64,000 nt of DNA from assembly GCA_963666425.2 (NCBI GenBank), contig OY762825.2, positions 1,632,001 through 1,696,000 of the forward strand, written 5' to 3'. The position numbers were made by a program, and so were the translations under genes. Position 1 is the stretch's first letter. Each line of letters begins with the position of its first letter. Of the stretch, positions 39,663-49,874 are shown one piece after another. Source of the DNA: Bacillota bacterium. GTDB taxonomy: Bacteria; Bacillota; JAAYKD01. The notes below the pieces were generated by a model that made no database searches, was not told the DNA's origin, and worked only from the letters and a program-made list of their open reading frames with translations.

Positions 39663-39933
39663 TGTTGATAACTCTGCCGTGTTATGTTAATATATTGCCA
39701 TCGTGCTGTTACTAAGCTGTGGATAATCCTAAAAGTCGAAAAGTTATTAACGTTTGTGGATAACTTTGTTTACAACTTTTGTTTTTCCGTGATTTTTCGG
39801 TGACTTTACCGTCGAATGCAGAAAACAGCTGTGGATAACCGCGTGCTCTACAAGGGTTTTTCTCTTTTTATACACAGCGCAGAGCCAAAACAGCAGCAAT
39901 GTTATCCACATTTCATACACAAAATGTGGAAAC
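39663..39933. promoter_or_regulatory. DnaA-box cluster upstream of dnaA, with the dnaA promoter
   Basis: TGTGGATAA at 39718, 39755 and 39830; TTATACACA at 39868; TTATCCACA at 39902; near-matches at 39663 and 39913. Promoter TTGATA (39665)-17-TAATAT has its -35 overlapping a box. Confidence 0.88.
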
Positions 39934-40058
39934 CACGGAGGAAAACTATTTTTTAAAAGCGCTTGCTTGATTTGCCGGAGCCGACCGCGAGAATTTTCTT
40001 ACATCCTTGCAGAGGAATGTTCCTATTATTGAAAGAAAAAGATAAGGATGCTGGTATT

Positions 40059-41393
40059 ATGAATGAACTGAATACAATTTGGCAGAATACTCTGAAGAAA
40101 TTGGAAACGCGTCTGCAAAAAGTCGTCTTTGAGACCTTTATCAACCGGTTGACACCGGTGAATATTTACGAGGATACGATGATCCTCAATAGCTCTGATC
40201 CGATCCTGCAAAAATTCATTCAGGAAAATTATAGTAAAATCATCTGTGATTCCATTAAAGAATCCACTGGGCTGGATTTGAAAGTGGAAATCATTTCACC
40301 GCAAGTCTCTCACGATCATGTGATCGAACCGGTGGAACCAATCGTCCCGGCGGGTTTACGGGAAATGCCTTATAATGCCATGAATCCAAAATATACCTTT
40401 GAACGTTTTGTCAAAGGAAAATCGAATGAATTTGCCCATGCGGCTGCCTTAAGAGTCGCGGAGGCGCCGGGCACGACGTACAATCCTTTTTTCATTTATG
40501 GCGGTGTTGGCTTAGGCAAAACACATTTGATGCACGCCATTGGCAATCATGTTTACAAAAACAATCCTACCGCCCGCATTGTTTATATTCCTTTTGAACA
40601 CTTCCTCAACGAATTTATTGCCGCCATTCGTAATGATACAACCCGAGAATTTCGGGACCGCTACCGCAATATTGATTTGCTCCTGATTGATGACATTCAA
40701 TTCATCACCAAAAAAGAGGAGACCCAGACGGAATTTTTCCATACCTTCAATGCACTTTATAATGCGAAAAAGCAAATCGTGATTGTCTGTGACCGGCCGC
40801 CCAAAGAAATCCCGGCTCTGGAAGACCGCATCCGCACCCGTTTTGAATGGGGAATGATTTGCGATATTCAGCCACCGGATTTGGAGACACGCGTCGCCAT
40901 CCTGCAAGCCAAAGCGACGGAAGAATTCATGAATGTCCCGGATGATGTGCTCTATTTTATCGCCTCCAATATCAAAAGCAACATTCGGGAATTGGAAAGC
41001 GCTCTGCTGCGGGTCAATGCCCGCTCCCTGCTGATGCGTCAGACTGTCACCATCGATTTTGTCAACGATACGCTGAAAGACACCATCACCAATCAGAAAA
41101 TCAAAGTGATTACCATCGAATCCATTCAGGAGGAAGTCGCTCATCAATACAGTATTACGATCAATGACATGAAGGCAAAAACCAGAACGGCAAACATCAC
41201 CTTTCCCCGCCAGGTGGCCATGTATCTTTGCCGCTCCCTGACCGATAATTCCTTGAAAAAAATCGGCGACGCCTTTGGCGGCCGGGATCATGCCACTGTG
41301 CTGCATGCGATTGAAAAAATCGATGAAGCCCGCAATAATGACAGCAAATTTGATCGCCTCCTGCAGGAAATCGTGCAACAGATTCAAGTTTAG
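40059..41393 (+). CDS. dnaA: Chromosomal replication initiator
   Basis: NPKYTFERFV, YGGVGLGKTHL, LLIDDIQF, RELESAL, FGGRDHATV. Confidence 0.98.
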   Translation: MNELNTIWQNTLKKLETRLQKVVFETFINRLTPVNIYEDTMILNSSDPILQKFIQENYSKIICDSIKESTGLDLKVEIISPQVSHDHVIEPVEPIVPAGLREMPYNAMNPKYTFERFVKGKSNEFAHAAALRVAEAPGTTYNPFFIYGGVGLGKTHLMHAIGNHVYKNNPTARIVYIPFEHFLNEFIAAIRNDTTREFRDRYRNIDLLLIDDIQFITKKEETQTEFFHTFNALYNAKKQIVIVCDRPPKEIPALEDRIRTRFEWGMICDIQPPDLETRVAILQAKATEEFMNVPDDVLYFIASNIKSNIRELESALLRVNARSLLMRQTVTIDFVNDTLKDTITNQKIKVITIESIQEEVAHQYSITINDMKAKTRTANITFPRQVAMYLCRSLTDNSLKKIGDAFGGRDHATVLHAIEKIDEARNNDSKFDRLLQEIVQQIQV

Positions 41394-41423
41394 AGTTTAT
41401 TTTGCAATTAAAATGGAAAGAGG

Positions 41424-42557
41424 TTGAAATCGATGATTATCAGATTTGAAAAAGAGGACTTACTATACGGTGTTTCTCTGGCTCAGCGAGTTGTTCCCGC
41501 CAAATATCCGCAAGCTTCTGTAACCGGATTGCTAATCAAAACACTGGACCCGCAAACGGTGGAAATCACCGGCACCGATATGGAGCTTTCTCTGCAGGTT
41601 AAAATTCGTGCCGAGGTGGAAGAAGCCGGACAAGTTGTTTTACCGGCGCGCTTTCTCTCTGATGTGATCCATCGTTTCCCGGAAGGAACCGTTACGATGA
41701 CGATGGCGCAGGGGGATTATCTGGTTAAACTGACCGGCAATAAAATAAAAATGGATTTGCGCGGCATGGATCCACTGGATTACCCTGTTCCCCAAGCACT
41801 CTCCACCGAAAAAAGCTGGACTGTAACGCAGAATGTCTTGAAACGGGCGATCAATAAAGTCGATTTTGCCATCTCACAGGACGAAGCCAGACCCGTGATG
41901 ACCGGTATGCTCTTAAAATTGAGCAGCAGCGGGAATCGGGTCCTGGCCATGGATGGTTTCCGTCTGGCGGAATATGCTTTGGAAGTAGAACAAACCGAGG
42001 AAGAATTTGAATGCATCATTCCGGATAAATGTATCAGAGATTTGGAAAAATTGCTGAATTTAAACGACACACCGGTCACGCTTTGCTTCACACAAAATCA
42101 TATGAGCGTCATTTTGGACCGGATTACCTTCCAGACTCGCCTGATTGACGGTCAGTATCCCTTTAAAAGCGCCAAAGAATTGATGCGGAAATCACCCACC
42201 AGTCATATATTGGTTTCCCGCCGTGATCTGATCGACAGCATCGACCGCAGCTTGCTGCTGACACGAGACGACAATCGTGGTTCCAATATCGTTCGTTTGC
42301 AATTTGAAGCGCAGCAATTGATCATCAGCGCGACCTCGCCGGAACTCGGTCAAATGTATGAAGAAATTCCCATTGAAAAAGATGGCGACGACATTACCAT
42401 TGGCTTTAACGGTAAATTTTTGCTGGATTTTCTGCGCAGCATTGAAACTGAGATCGTAAAATTTGATTTAGCCGGCAGTTTGGCTGCCGGGATCATCTAC
42501 GCTGTGGGAGATGAAAAATTCACCGGCTTCCTTTCTCCGATCCGTTTGGCACAATAA
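41424..42557 (+). CDS. dnaN: DNA polymerase III beta clamp
   Basis: GTDMEL, RPVMTG, MDGFRLA, RLIDGQYP, GFNGKFLLD, C-terminal PIR; synteny. Confidence 0.95.
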   Translation: MKSMIIRFEKEDLLYGVSLAQRVVPAKYPQASVTGLLIKTLDPQTVEITGTDMELSLQVKIRAEVEEAGQVVLPARFLSDVIHRFPEGTVTMTMAQGDYLVKLTGNKIKMDLRGMDPLDYPVPQALSTEKSWTVTQNVLKRAINKVDFAISQDEARPVMTGMLLKLSSSGNRVLAMDGFRLAEYALEVEQTEEEFECIIPDKCIRDLEKLLNLNDTPVTLCFTQNHMSVILDRITFQTRLIDGQYPFKSAKELMRKSPTSHILVSRRDLIDSIDRSLLLTRDDNRGSNIVRLQFEAQQLIISATSPELGQMYEEIPIEKDGDDITIGFNGKFLLDFLRSIETEIVKFDLAGSLAAGIIYAVGDEKFTGFLSPIRLAQ

Positions 42558-42568
42558 AGGAGAGAATC

Positions 42569-42793
42569 ATGGAACAATTTCAATACTACGGCGAGTTCAT
42601 CACGCTGGGACAGTTTCTCAAGACGCAGAATATTGTTTACAGCGGCGGGGAGATCAAAACTTTCCTGATGGAACGCTCTGTTCTGGTCAACCAGGAACGG
42701 GAAACCAGACGCGGCCGTAAGCTGCGCTCCGGTGATACCGTTGCCATTGCCGGTATTGGCAGCTGGCAGCTGATGCAAGGAACTGACCGATGA
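42569..42793 (+). CDS. yaaA: S4-domain RNA-binding protein
   Basis: FITLGQFLK, SGGE.K, ETRRGRKL..GD. Confidence 0.93.
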   Translation: MEQFQYYGEFITLGQFLKTQNIVYSGGEIKTFLMERSVLVNQERETRRGRKLRSGDTVAIAGIGSWQLMQGTDR

Positions 42794-43881
42794 AGCTAAG
42801 GCATCTCTCCCTGGTCACCTTTCGCAACTATTTTACGCTGGAAGTGGATTTGGAACCAGGGATTAATTTGTTTATCGGTGCCAATGCGCAGGGGAAGACA
42901 AATTTATTGGAAGCCTGTCATCTGTTGGCTACCGGACGTTCCCACCGCACCTTTCGTGATCAGGAAATGATTGCCTGGCAGCAAGAGGGATTTCATATCA
43001 AAGCCACCGTGCAAAAAAAGCTAAGCACCGAGCTGATTGAACTGCATGTCGACCGTCAGGGTCATAAAATCGTCAAATTAAATGGCTTGCTGCAGCCGAA
43101 ACTTGGCGCACTCCTGGGTCAGCTGAATGTTGTTTTTTTTGCACCGGAGCATTTATTATTAGTCAAAGGCGACCCTTCCGGCCGCAGAAGATTTTTGGAT
43201 ATCGCGATTTCGCAAATCTCACCGTCCTACCTGCATCATCTCGCCAGATATCATAAAATCCTCAGTCAAAAAAACATCCTGTTAAAATCCAATCGGCCGG
43301 ATGAAGCGCTGCTCTCCATTTACAACCAGCAAATGGCGGAAAGCGGCGGGGTGATTGTCGCCAAGCGCAGCGAGATTATCGGTCAATTGGAAAAGTATGC
43401 CAGTAACTATCAACATCAGCTGCGCGAAACAGAAAACCTGAGTTTTACCTATCAAAGCCAAACCGAAACCAAGGAAAATCCCAGCCGGATTGCCGAAGAG
43501 CTCTTCCGTAAAATGGAGGAGCGCAAAGAAGATGAACTGCAGCGGCGCACCGGCTTAGTCGGACCGCATCGGGACGATTTTTCAATTTTCCTCAATGAAG
43601 TCAACGTGCGGCAATATGGCTCACAAGGCCAGCAGCGCAGTGTGGTCTTATCCATCAAAATGGCGGAAGCTAATTTGATGGAAGAGTCTACCGGAGAGCA
43701 ACCGGTCATTATTCTAGACGATGTGCTCTCCGAATTGGACCCGGCGCGGCAGAGTCAGCTGATCACCGGTTTAAAAAATATCGGGCAGACTTTGATCAGT
43801 TCGACTGATTTGCCGCCGGTGCTGAGCGGACTGAACAGCAAAATATTCCGGGTCAATGACGGTAAAATCATCATCAGTTAG
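42790..43881 (+). CDS. recF: DNA replication/repair protein RecF
   Basis: FRNY, GANAQGKTN, GPHRDD, GSQGQQRS, LDDVLSELD. Confidence 0.97.
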   Translation: MKLRHLSLVTFRNYFTLEVDLEPGINLFIGANAQGKTNLLEACHLLATGRSHRTFRDQEMIAWQQEGFHIKATVQKKLSTELIELHVDRQGHKIVKLNGLLQPKLGALLGQLNVVFFAPEHLLLVKGDPSGRRRFLDIAISQISPSYLHHLARYHKILSQKNILLKSNRPDEALLSIYNQQMAESGGVIVAKRSEIIGQLEKYASNYQHQLRETENLSFTYQSQTETKENPSRIAEELFRKMEERKEDELQRRTGLVGPHRDDFSIFLNEVNVRQYGSQGQQRSVVLSIKMAEANLMEESTGEQPVIILDDVLSELDPARQSQLITGLKNIGQTLISSTDLPPVLSGLNSKIFRVNDGKIIIS

Positions 43882-43894
43882 GAGTTGTTGCTTT

Positions 43895-44125
43895 TTGTAT
43901 TTACACCTTGGTCATAATAGAAATGCCGAAATCAACGAGATCATCGGAATTTTTGATTTGCGGACTTGTCACTCTCCTTTATTTCAGCCATTGACCTTGA
44001 TTGGAAAAAAAAGAAAAGACAAATCCTATGTTTTAACCAAGACAGAACTACTCGCTTCCTCTATTGCCAGCAATACATTATACAAACGCTGTGGTGATAT
44101 CCATGAATTATTATGGGAAAAATAG
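43895..44125 (+). CDS. remB: RemB/DUF370 family protein
   Basis: (M)YLHLG...IIGIFD...KSYV...SSIASNTLYKR; RBS AGGAG before TTG 43895; sits between recF and gyrB. Confidence 0.8.
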   Translation: MYLHLGHNRNAEINEIIGIFDLRTCHSPLFQPLTLIGKKRKDKSYVLTKTELLASSIASNTLYKRCGDIHELLWEK

Positions 44126-44133
44126 TTTTTTAG

Positions 44134-44183
44134 CAAAGGCAGTCCGGTCAGAAACAAATTTTCTGGACCGAATTGCCTTTTTT
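44134..44183 (+). terminator. Terminator ending the dnaA-remB operon
   Basis: AAAGGCAGTCCGGTCAGAAA...TTTCTGGACCGAATTGCCTTTTTT. Confidence 0.7.
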
Positions 44184-44200
44184 GCACAATAAAAGCGTAG

Positions 44201-44440
44201 TTATCCACAGTTTTTGTCGATAACTTTGGTGATAAAATGTGCAGAACAAAAGTTATCCAGAACTGTTCACAGCTCCCTCGAGACTTATCCACCTTATTTT
44301 GCTGTTTATCCCATGCTGCAACACCGTTGAAATTTGACTTATATAAGGAAAGTAAAAAATTATACACACTGTCCACATAGCCTACTGAGACTGTTACTAA
44401 TAGAGAGTACTCTTGTACTTCATCTACTTTTTTAGTTAAG
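44201..44440. other. Probable oriC unwinding region (DnaA boxes plus DnaA-trio-like tract)
   Basis: TTATCCACA at 44201; near-boxes at 44215, 44253, 44263 and 44285; tandem TTATACACA-CTGTCCACA at 44360-44377, then TAGCC and TACTGAGACTGTTACTAA. Confidence 0.75.
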
Positions 44441-44466
44441 GGAACGCAAAAGAGAAAAGCAGCGGC

Positions 44467-44495
44467 TTGCCTATTGGCTGTTTTTTTGCTATAAT
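44467..44495 (+). promoter_or_regulatory. gyrB sigma-A promoter
   Basis: TTGCCT-17-TATAAT with extended TG. Confidence 0.7.
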
Positions 44496-44547
44496 AGATT
44501 AGTTAATGAAGAGCTAAAAATAAACTGATAAAATAACAGATTGATAA

Positions 44548-46494
<1,947 letters not shown>

Positions 46495-46510
46495 AAAGGA
46501 GGAACCCGAG

Positions 46511-48973
46511 ATGGATGAATTTATTCATGGTAAAATAATACCGGTAGATCTTGCCGAAGAAATGAAAAAATCTTATATAGAATACTCGATGAGCGTTATT
46601 GTCAGTCGGGCTCTGCCTGATGTACGTGACGGTTTAAAACCGGTGCACCGCCGGCTGCTCTATGCCATGTATGAAGGCGATCTGACCTATGATAAACCTT
46701 ACCGCAAATCAGCCAGACCGGTTGCGGATACCATGGGTAAATATCATCCCCATGGCGATGTAGCAATTTATGATACGCTGGTTCGTTTGGCGCAGGATTT
46801 CAACTTACGTTATCCCTTTATTGACGGTCACGGCAATTTCGGCTCGGTCGACGGTGATCCTGCGGCAGCCATGCGTTATACAGAAGCGCGTATGAGTAAA
46901 ATCGCCAGTGAAATGCTGCGTGATATCGATAAAGATACGGTCAATTTTGTGCCAAACTATGATTCCAGCCAAACAGAACCGTCCATTTTACCCAGCCGTT
47001 TTCCAAACCTTTTGGTCAACGGTACCTCCGGCATTGCGGTTGGTATGGCGACCAATATTCCGCCGCATAACCTGACCGAAGTCATCGATGGTGCTTTGGC
47101 GCTTTTAACCAATCCCGACATGACCATTGCCGATTTAATGAAATATATCAAAGGACCGGATTTCCCCACCGCCGGGATCATTATGGGCAAAGCCGGGATC
47201 GACAGCGCTTATCAAACCGGCCGCGGCATCGTCATCATGCGCGCACGCAGCCGTTTTGAACGCATGAATAACGGCAAGACACGGATTATCGTCAGTGAAA
47301 TCCCTTATCTGGTCAATAAATCCCGCTTGATTGAGAAAATTGCCAGTTTAGTCCGTGATCGGAAGATTGACGGTATTACCGATTTGCGCGATGAATCCGA
47401 TCGGGAAGGCATGCGTATTGTGATGGAACTACGCAAAGATGTCAAACCCGATGTGATTCTGAATCAATTGTATGCGCATTCGCAGTTGCAGGAGAGTTTT
47501 GGCATTATCATGCTGGCTTTGGTCAACAATGAGCCGCGTGTTCTCAACTTAAAACAGGTACTAGAATATTACCTGGAACATCAGAAAGAAGTCATTACCC
47601 GCCGGACGAGTTTTGAACTGCGCAAAGCCAAAGACCGTGCTCATATTTTAGAAGGTTTACGGATCGCTGCTCAGAACATCGAGCAGGTGATTCGGGTGAT
47701 CCGCTCTTCCAAAGATGACAGCGAAGCGAAACCGCGCTTAATGGAAACTTTCGGATTTACCGATAAACAGGCGACCGCAGTACTCGATATGCGTTTGCGC
47801 CGCTTAACCAATCTGGAATTGGATCGCTTGGAAGCGGAATACAAAGAAGTAATGGCGGAGATCATCCGCTTGGAATCGATTTTGGCCGACGCTGAGAAAT
47901 TGAAGAATGTCATTCGCAGCGAAATGACCGCTATTCGCGATGAATTTGGTGATGACCGTCGTACGGAGATTGTACCGGATGACGGAGAGCTGAACATTGA
48001 AGACATGATCGCGGAAGAAGAAGTAGTGGTGACCCTGACGCACCACGGCTATGTCAAACGCCTGCCGTCTACGACCTATCGCAGTCAGCGCCGCGGCGGC
48101 AAGGGAATTACTGCCATGGGTACGAAAGAAGAAGATTTTGTAGAGAATCTGTTTATTACCTCTACCCATCACAATCTGCTCTTCTTTACCAACAAAGGCA
48201 AAATTTATCAGAGTAAAGTCTACGATGTTCCGGAAGCCAGCCGTCAGGCGAGAGGCACGAATCTGATCAATTTGCTGAGTATTGATAACGATGAGAAGAT
48301 CACCGCCGTCCTGGCGGTGAAAGAATTCAGCAATGAGAAAAATCTGTTCTTCTGCACCAAATCCGGTGTGGTCAAGCAGACCTGTCTGGATCAGTTCCTC
48401 AATATCCGTAAGGGTGGCATTCAGGCCATTTCTCTGAAGAAAGACGATGATCTCATTGGTGTGAAATTTGCTACGGAGAAGGATCATATCGTGATTGCCA
48501 CCAAGGAAGGCAATGTGATCCGTTTTGCCGCAGCTGACGTGCGCAATATGGGACGCGTGGCTACCGGCATCAGAGGAATTACCCTGAGCGCCGGCGATGA
48601 AGTCATTTCTTTGGAAGTAGCCAACGACGATGCCGATTTATTGGTCATCACAGCCAATGGTTACGGTAAACGGACGCAATTGCGTGAATATCGCTGCCAG
48701 GGCAGAGGCGGCAAAGGCGTTATGCTGATGCGCCGCACAGAAAAAACCGGTGAAATTGCCGGCGTGCGCATGGTGCGCGAAGGGGACGATGTGATGGTGA
48801 TTACGATTAACGGCATCATCATCCGGACTTCCGTCTCCGGGATCTCGCAGATGAGCCGTACCACCCAAGGTGTGACCATTATGAAGATGGACGAAGGCGA
48901 TATGGTCATTGGTCTTGCCAAAGTGATCGGCGCCAAAGAAGAAACCTTGGACGAAGAGGTAGAAAAAGAATAA
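46511..48973 (+). CDS. gyrA: DNA gyrase subunit A
   Basis: RALPDVRDGLKPVHRR, AAMRYTE, GyrA-box QRRGGKG. Confidence 0.98.
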   Translation: MDEFIHGKIIPVDLAEEMKKSYIEYSMSVIVSRALPDVRDGLKPVHRRLLYAMYEGDLTYDKPYRKSARPVADTMGKYHPHGDVAIYDTLVRLAQDFNLRYPFIDGHGNFGSVDGDPAAAMRYTEARMSKIASEMLRDIDKDTVNFVPNYDSSQTEPSILPSRFPNLLVNGTSGIAVGMATNIPPHNLTEVIDGALALLTNPDMTIADLMKYIKGPDFPTAGIIMGKAGIDSAYQTGRGIVIMRARSRFERMNNGKTRIIVSEIPYLVNKSRLIEKIASLVRDRKIDGITDLRDESDREGMRIVMELRKDVKPDVILNQLYAHSQLQESFGIIMLALVNNEPRVLNLKQVLEYYLEHQKEVITRRTSFELRKAKDRAHILEGLRIAAQNIEQVIRVIRSSKDDSEAKPRLMETFGFTDKQATAVLDMRLRRLTNLELDRLEAEYKEVMAEIIRLESILADAEKLKNVIRSEMTAIRDEFGDDRRTEIVPDDGELNIEDMIAEEEVVVTLTHHGYVKRLPSTTYRSQRRGGKGITAMGTKEEDFVENLFITSTHHNLLFFTNKGKIYQSKVYDVPEASRQARGTNLINLLSIDNDEKITAVLAVKEFSNEKNLFFCTKSGVVKQTCLDQFLNIRKGGIQAISLKKDDDLIGVKFATEKDHIVIATKEGNVIRFAAADVRNMGRVATGIRGITLSAGDEVISLEVANDDADLLVITANGYGKRTQLREYRCQGRGGKGVMLMRRTEKTGEIAGVRMVREGDDVMVITINGIIIRTSVSGISQMSRTTQGVTIMKMDEGDMVIGLAKVIGAKEETLDEEVEKE

Positions 48974-48982
48974 ACCAGCAAA

Positions 48983-49030
48983 CATCCTCCTCAAAATCGG
49001 CGCTTATCCGTTTTGAGGAGGATGCTTTTT
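48983..49030 (+). terminator. Terminator after gyrA
   Basis: CATCCTCCTCAAAA...TTTTGAGGAGGATGCTTTTT. Confidence 0.85.
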
Positions 49031-49094
49031 GTACTTTTTGCTGCTGATTTTTTAATTGCAGCGCGGTTCGCGTCATAATTAATACAAATCAATT

Positions 49095-49148
49095 ATGACG
49101 GTTTAGTCATTGAACCGTCACCCAGCTGTCACCTGCGTTTGTTATACT
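49095..49148 (+). promoter_or_regulatory. Probable OmpR/PhoB-type direct-repeat site plus extended -10
   Basis: GTCA at 49106, 49117 and 49128 (11-bp period), then TGnTATACT. Confidence 0.55.
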
Positions 49149-49190
49149 CTAGAACAGTGAGACAGTACAAAAAAAAGTGAGGCAATCAAG

Positions 49191-49874
49191 ATGGAAATAT
49201 TACGGGTAGAACATTTAAGTAAAATTTACGGTAAAGACGAGAATCGGGTTCATGCGCTCAATGATGTTTCTTTTTCCATTCAAAAAGGAGACTGCGTGGC
49301 CATCATCGGTCCGTCCGGTTCCGGTAAATCGACGCTGCTGCATATTTTAGGCGGGGTGGACACGCCCAGCGAGGGTAAGGTTTTTGTGGATGGCATTGAT
49401 GTCTATGCGCAAAACGAAGAGCAGCTGGCGATTTTTCGCCGCCGTCAGGTTGGCTTGATTTATCAATTTTATAATCTGATCCCGGTTCTGGATGTGACCG
49501 AGAATATCACCTTGCCGGTCTTGCTGGATGGGCGCGAAGTCAATGAAAAGCGCTTACGGGAATTATTGCAGGTCTTGGGTTTACAGGAGCGCAAAGGTTA
49601 TCTGCCGAACCAGCTTTCCGGCGGCCAGCAGCAGCGGGTTTCGATCGGACGCGCTTTGATCAATGCACCGGCCTTGGTTTTGGCGGATGAACCAACCGGC
49701 AATCTGGACAGCAAGAACAGCCGTGAAATTGTCGAACTCCTGAAATATTCCAATAAAACCTACGGTCAAACCTTGATTATTATAACGCACGATGAAAACA
49801 TCGCGCTGCAGGCGGATCGGATCATCGCCATTGAGGATGGCAGCATTGCCAGGGATGAGGTGATTGCGCGATGA
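49191..49874 (+). CDS. ABC transporter ATP-binding protein (LolD/MacB-like)
   Basis: [31 protein letters not shown]. Confidence 0.93.
   Translation: MEILRVEHLSKIYGKDENRVHALNDVSFSIQKGDCVAIIGPSGSGKSTLLHILGGVDTPSEGKVFVDGIDVYAQNEEQLAIFRRRQVGLIYQFYNLIPVLDVTENITLPVLLDGREVNEKRLRELLQVLGLQERKGYLPNQLSGGQQQRVSIGRALINAPALVLADEPTGNLDSKNSREIVELLKYSNKTYGQTLIIITHDENIALQADRIIAIEDGSIARDEVIAR

Noticed and set aside
39895-39960. DUE immediately upstream of dnaA
   Set aside because: DnaA boxes are present, but no GC spacer plus trio-like tract follows them. It fits a regulatory, incAB-like cluster better.
39963-40058. Extended N-terminus of DnaA in the ORF track
   Set aside because: Homology-like sequence begins at MNELNTIW (40059). 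Similar over-extensions were trimmed for idi, rsmG, baeRF, the glmU-like gene and the mprF-like gene.
40512-41387. 291-aa ORF antisense to dnaA
   Set aside because: Shadow ORF of a conserved gene with no motifs. The same applies to long antisense ORFs over gyrA (47804-48487), the M20 gene (29974-30705) and the M81 gene.
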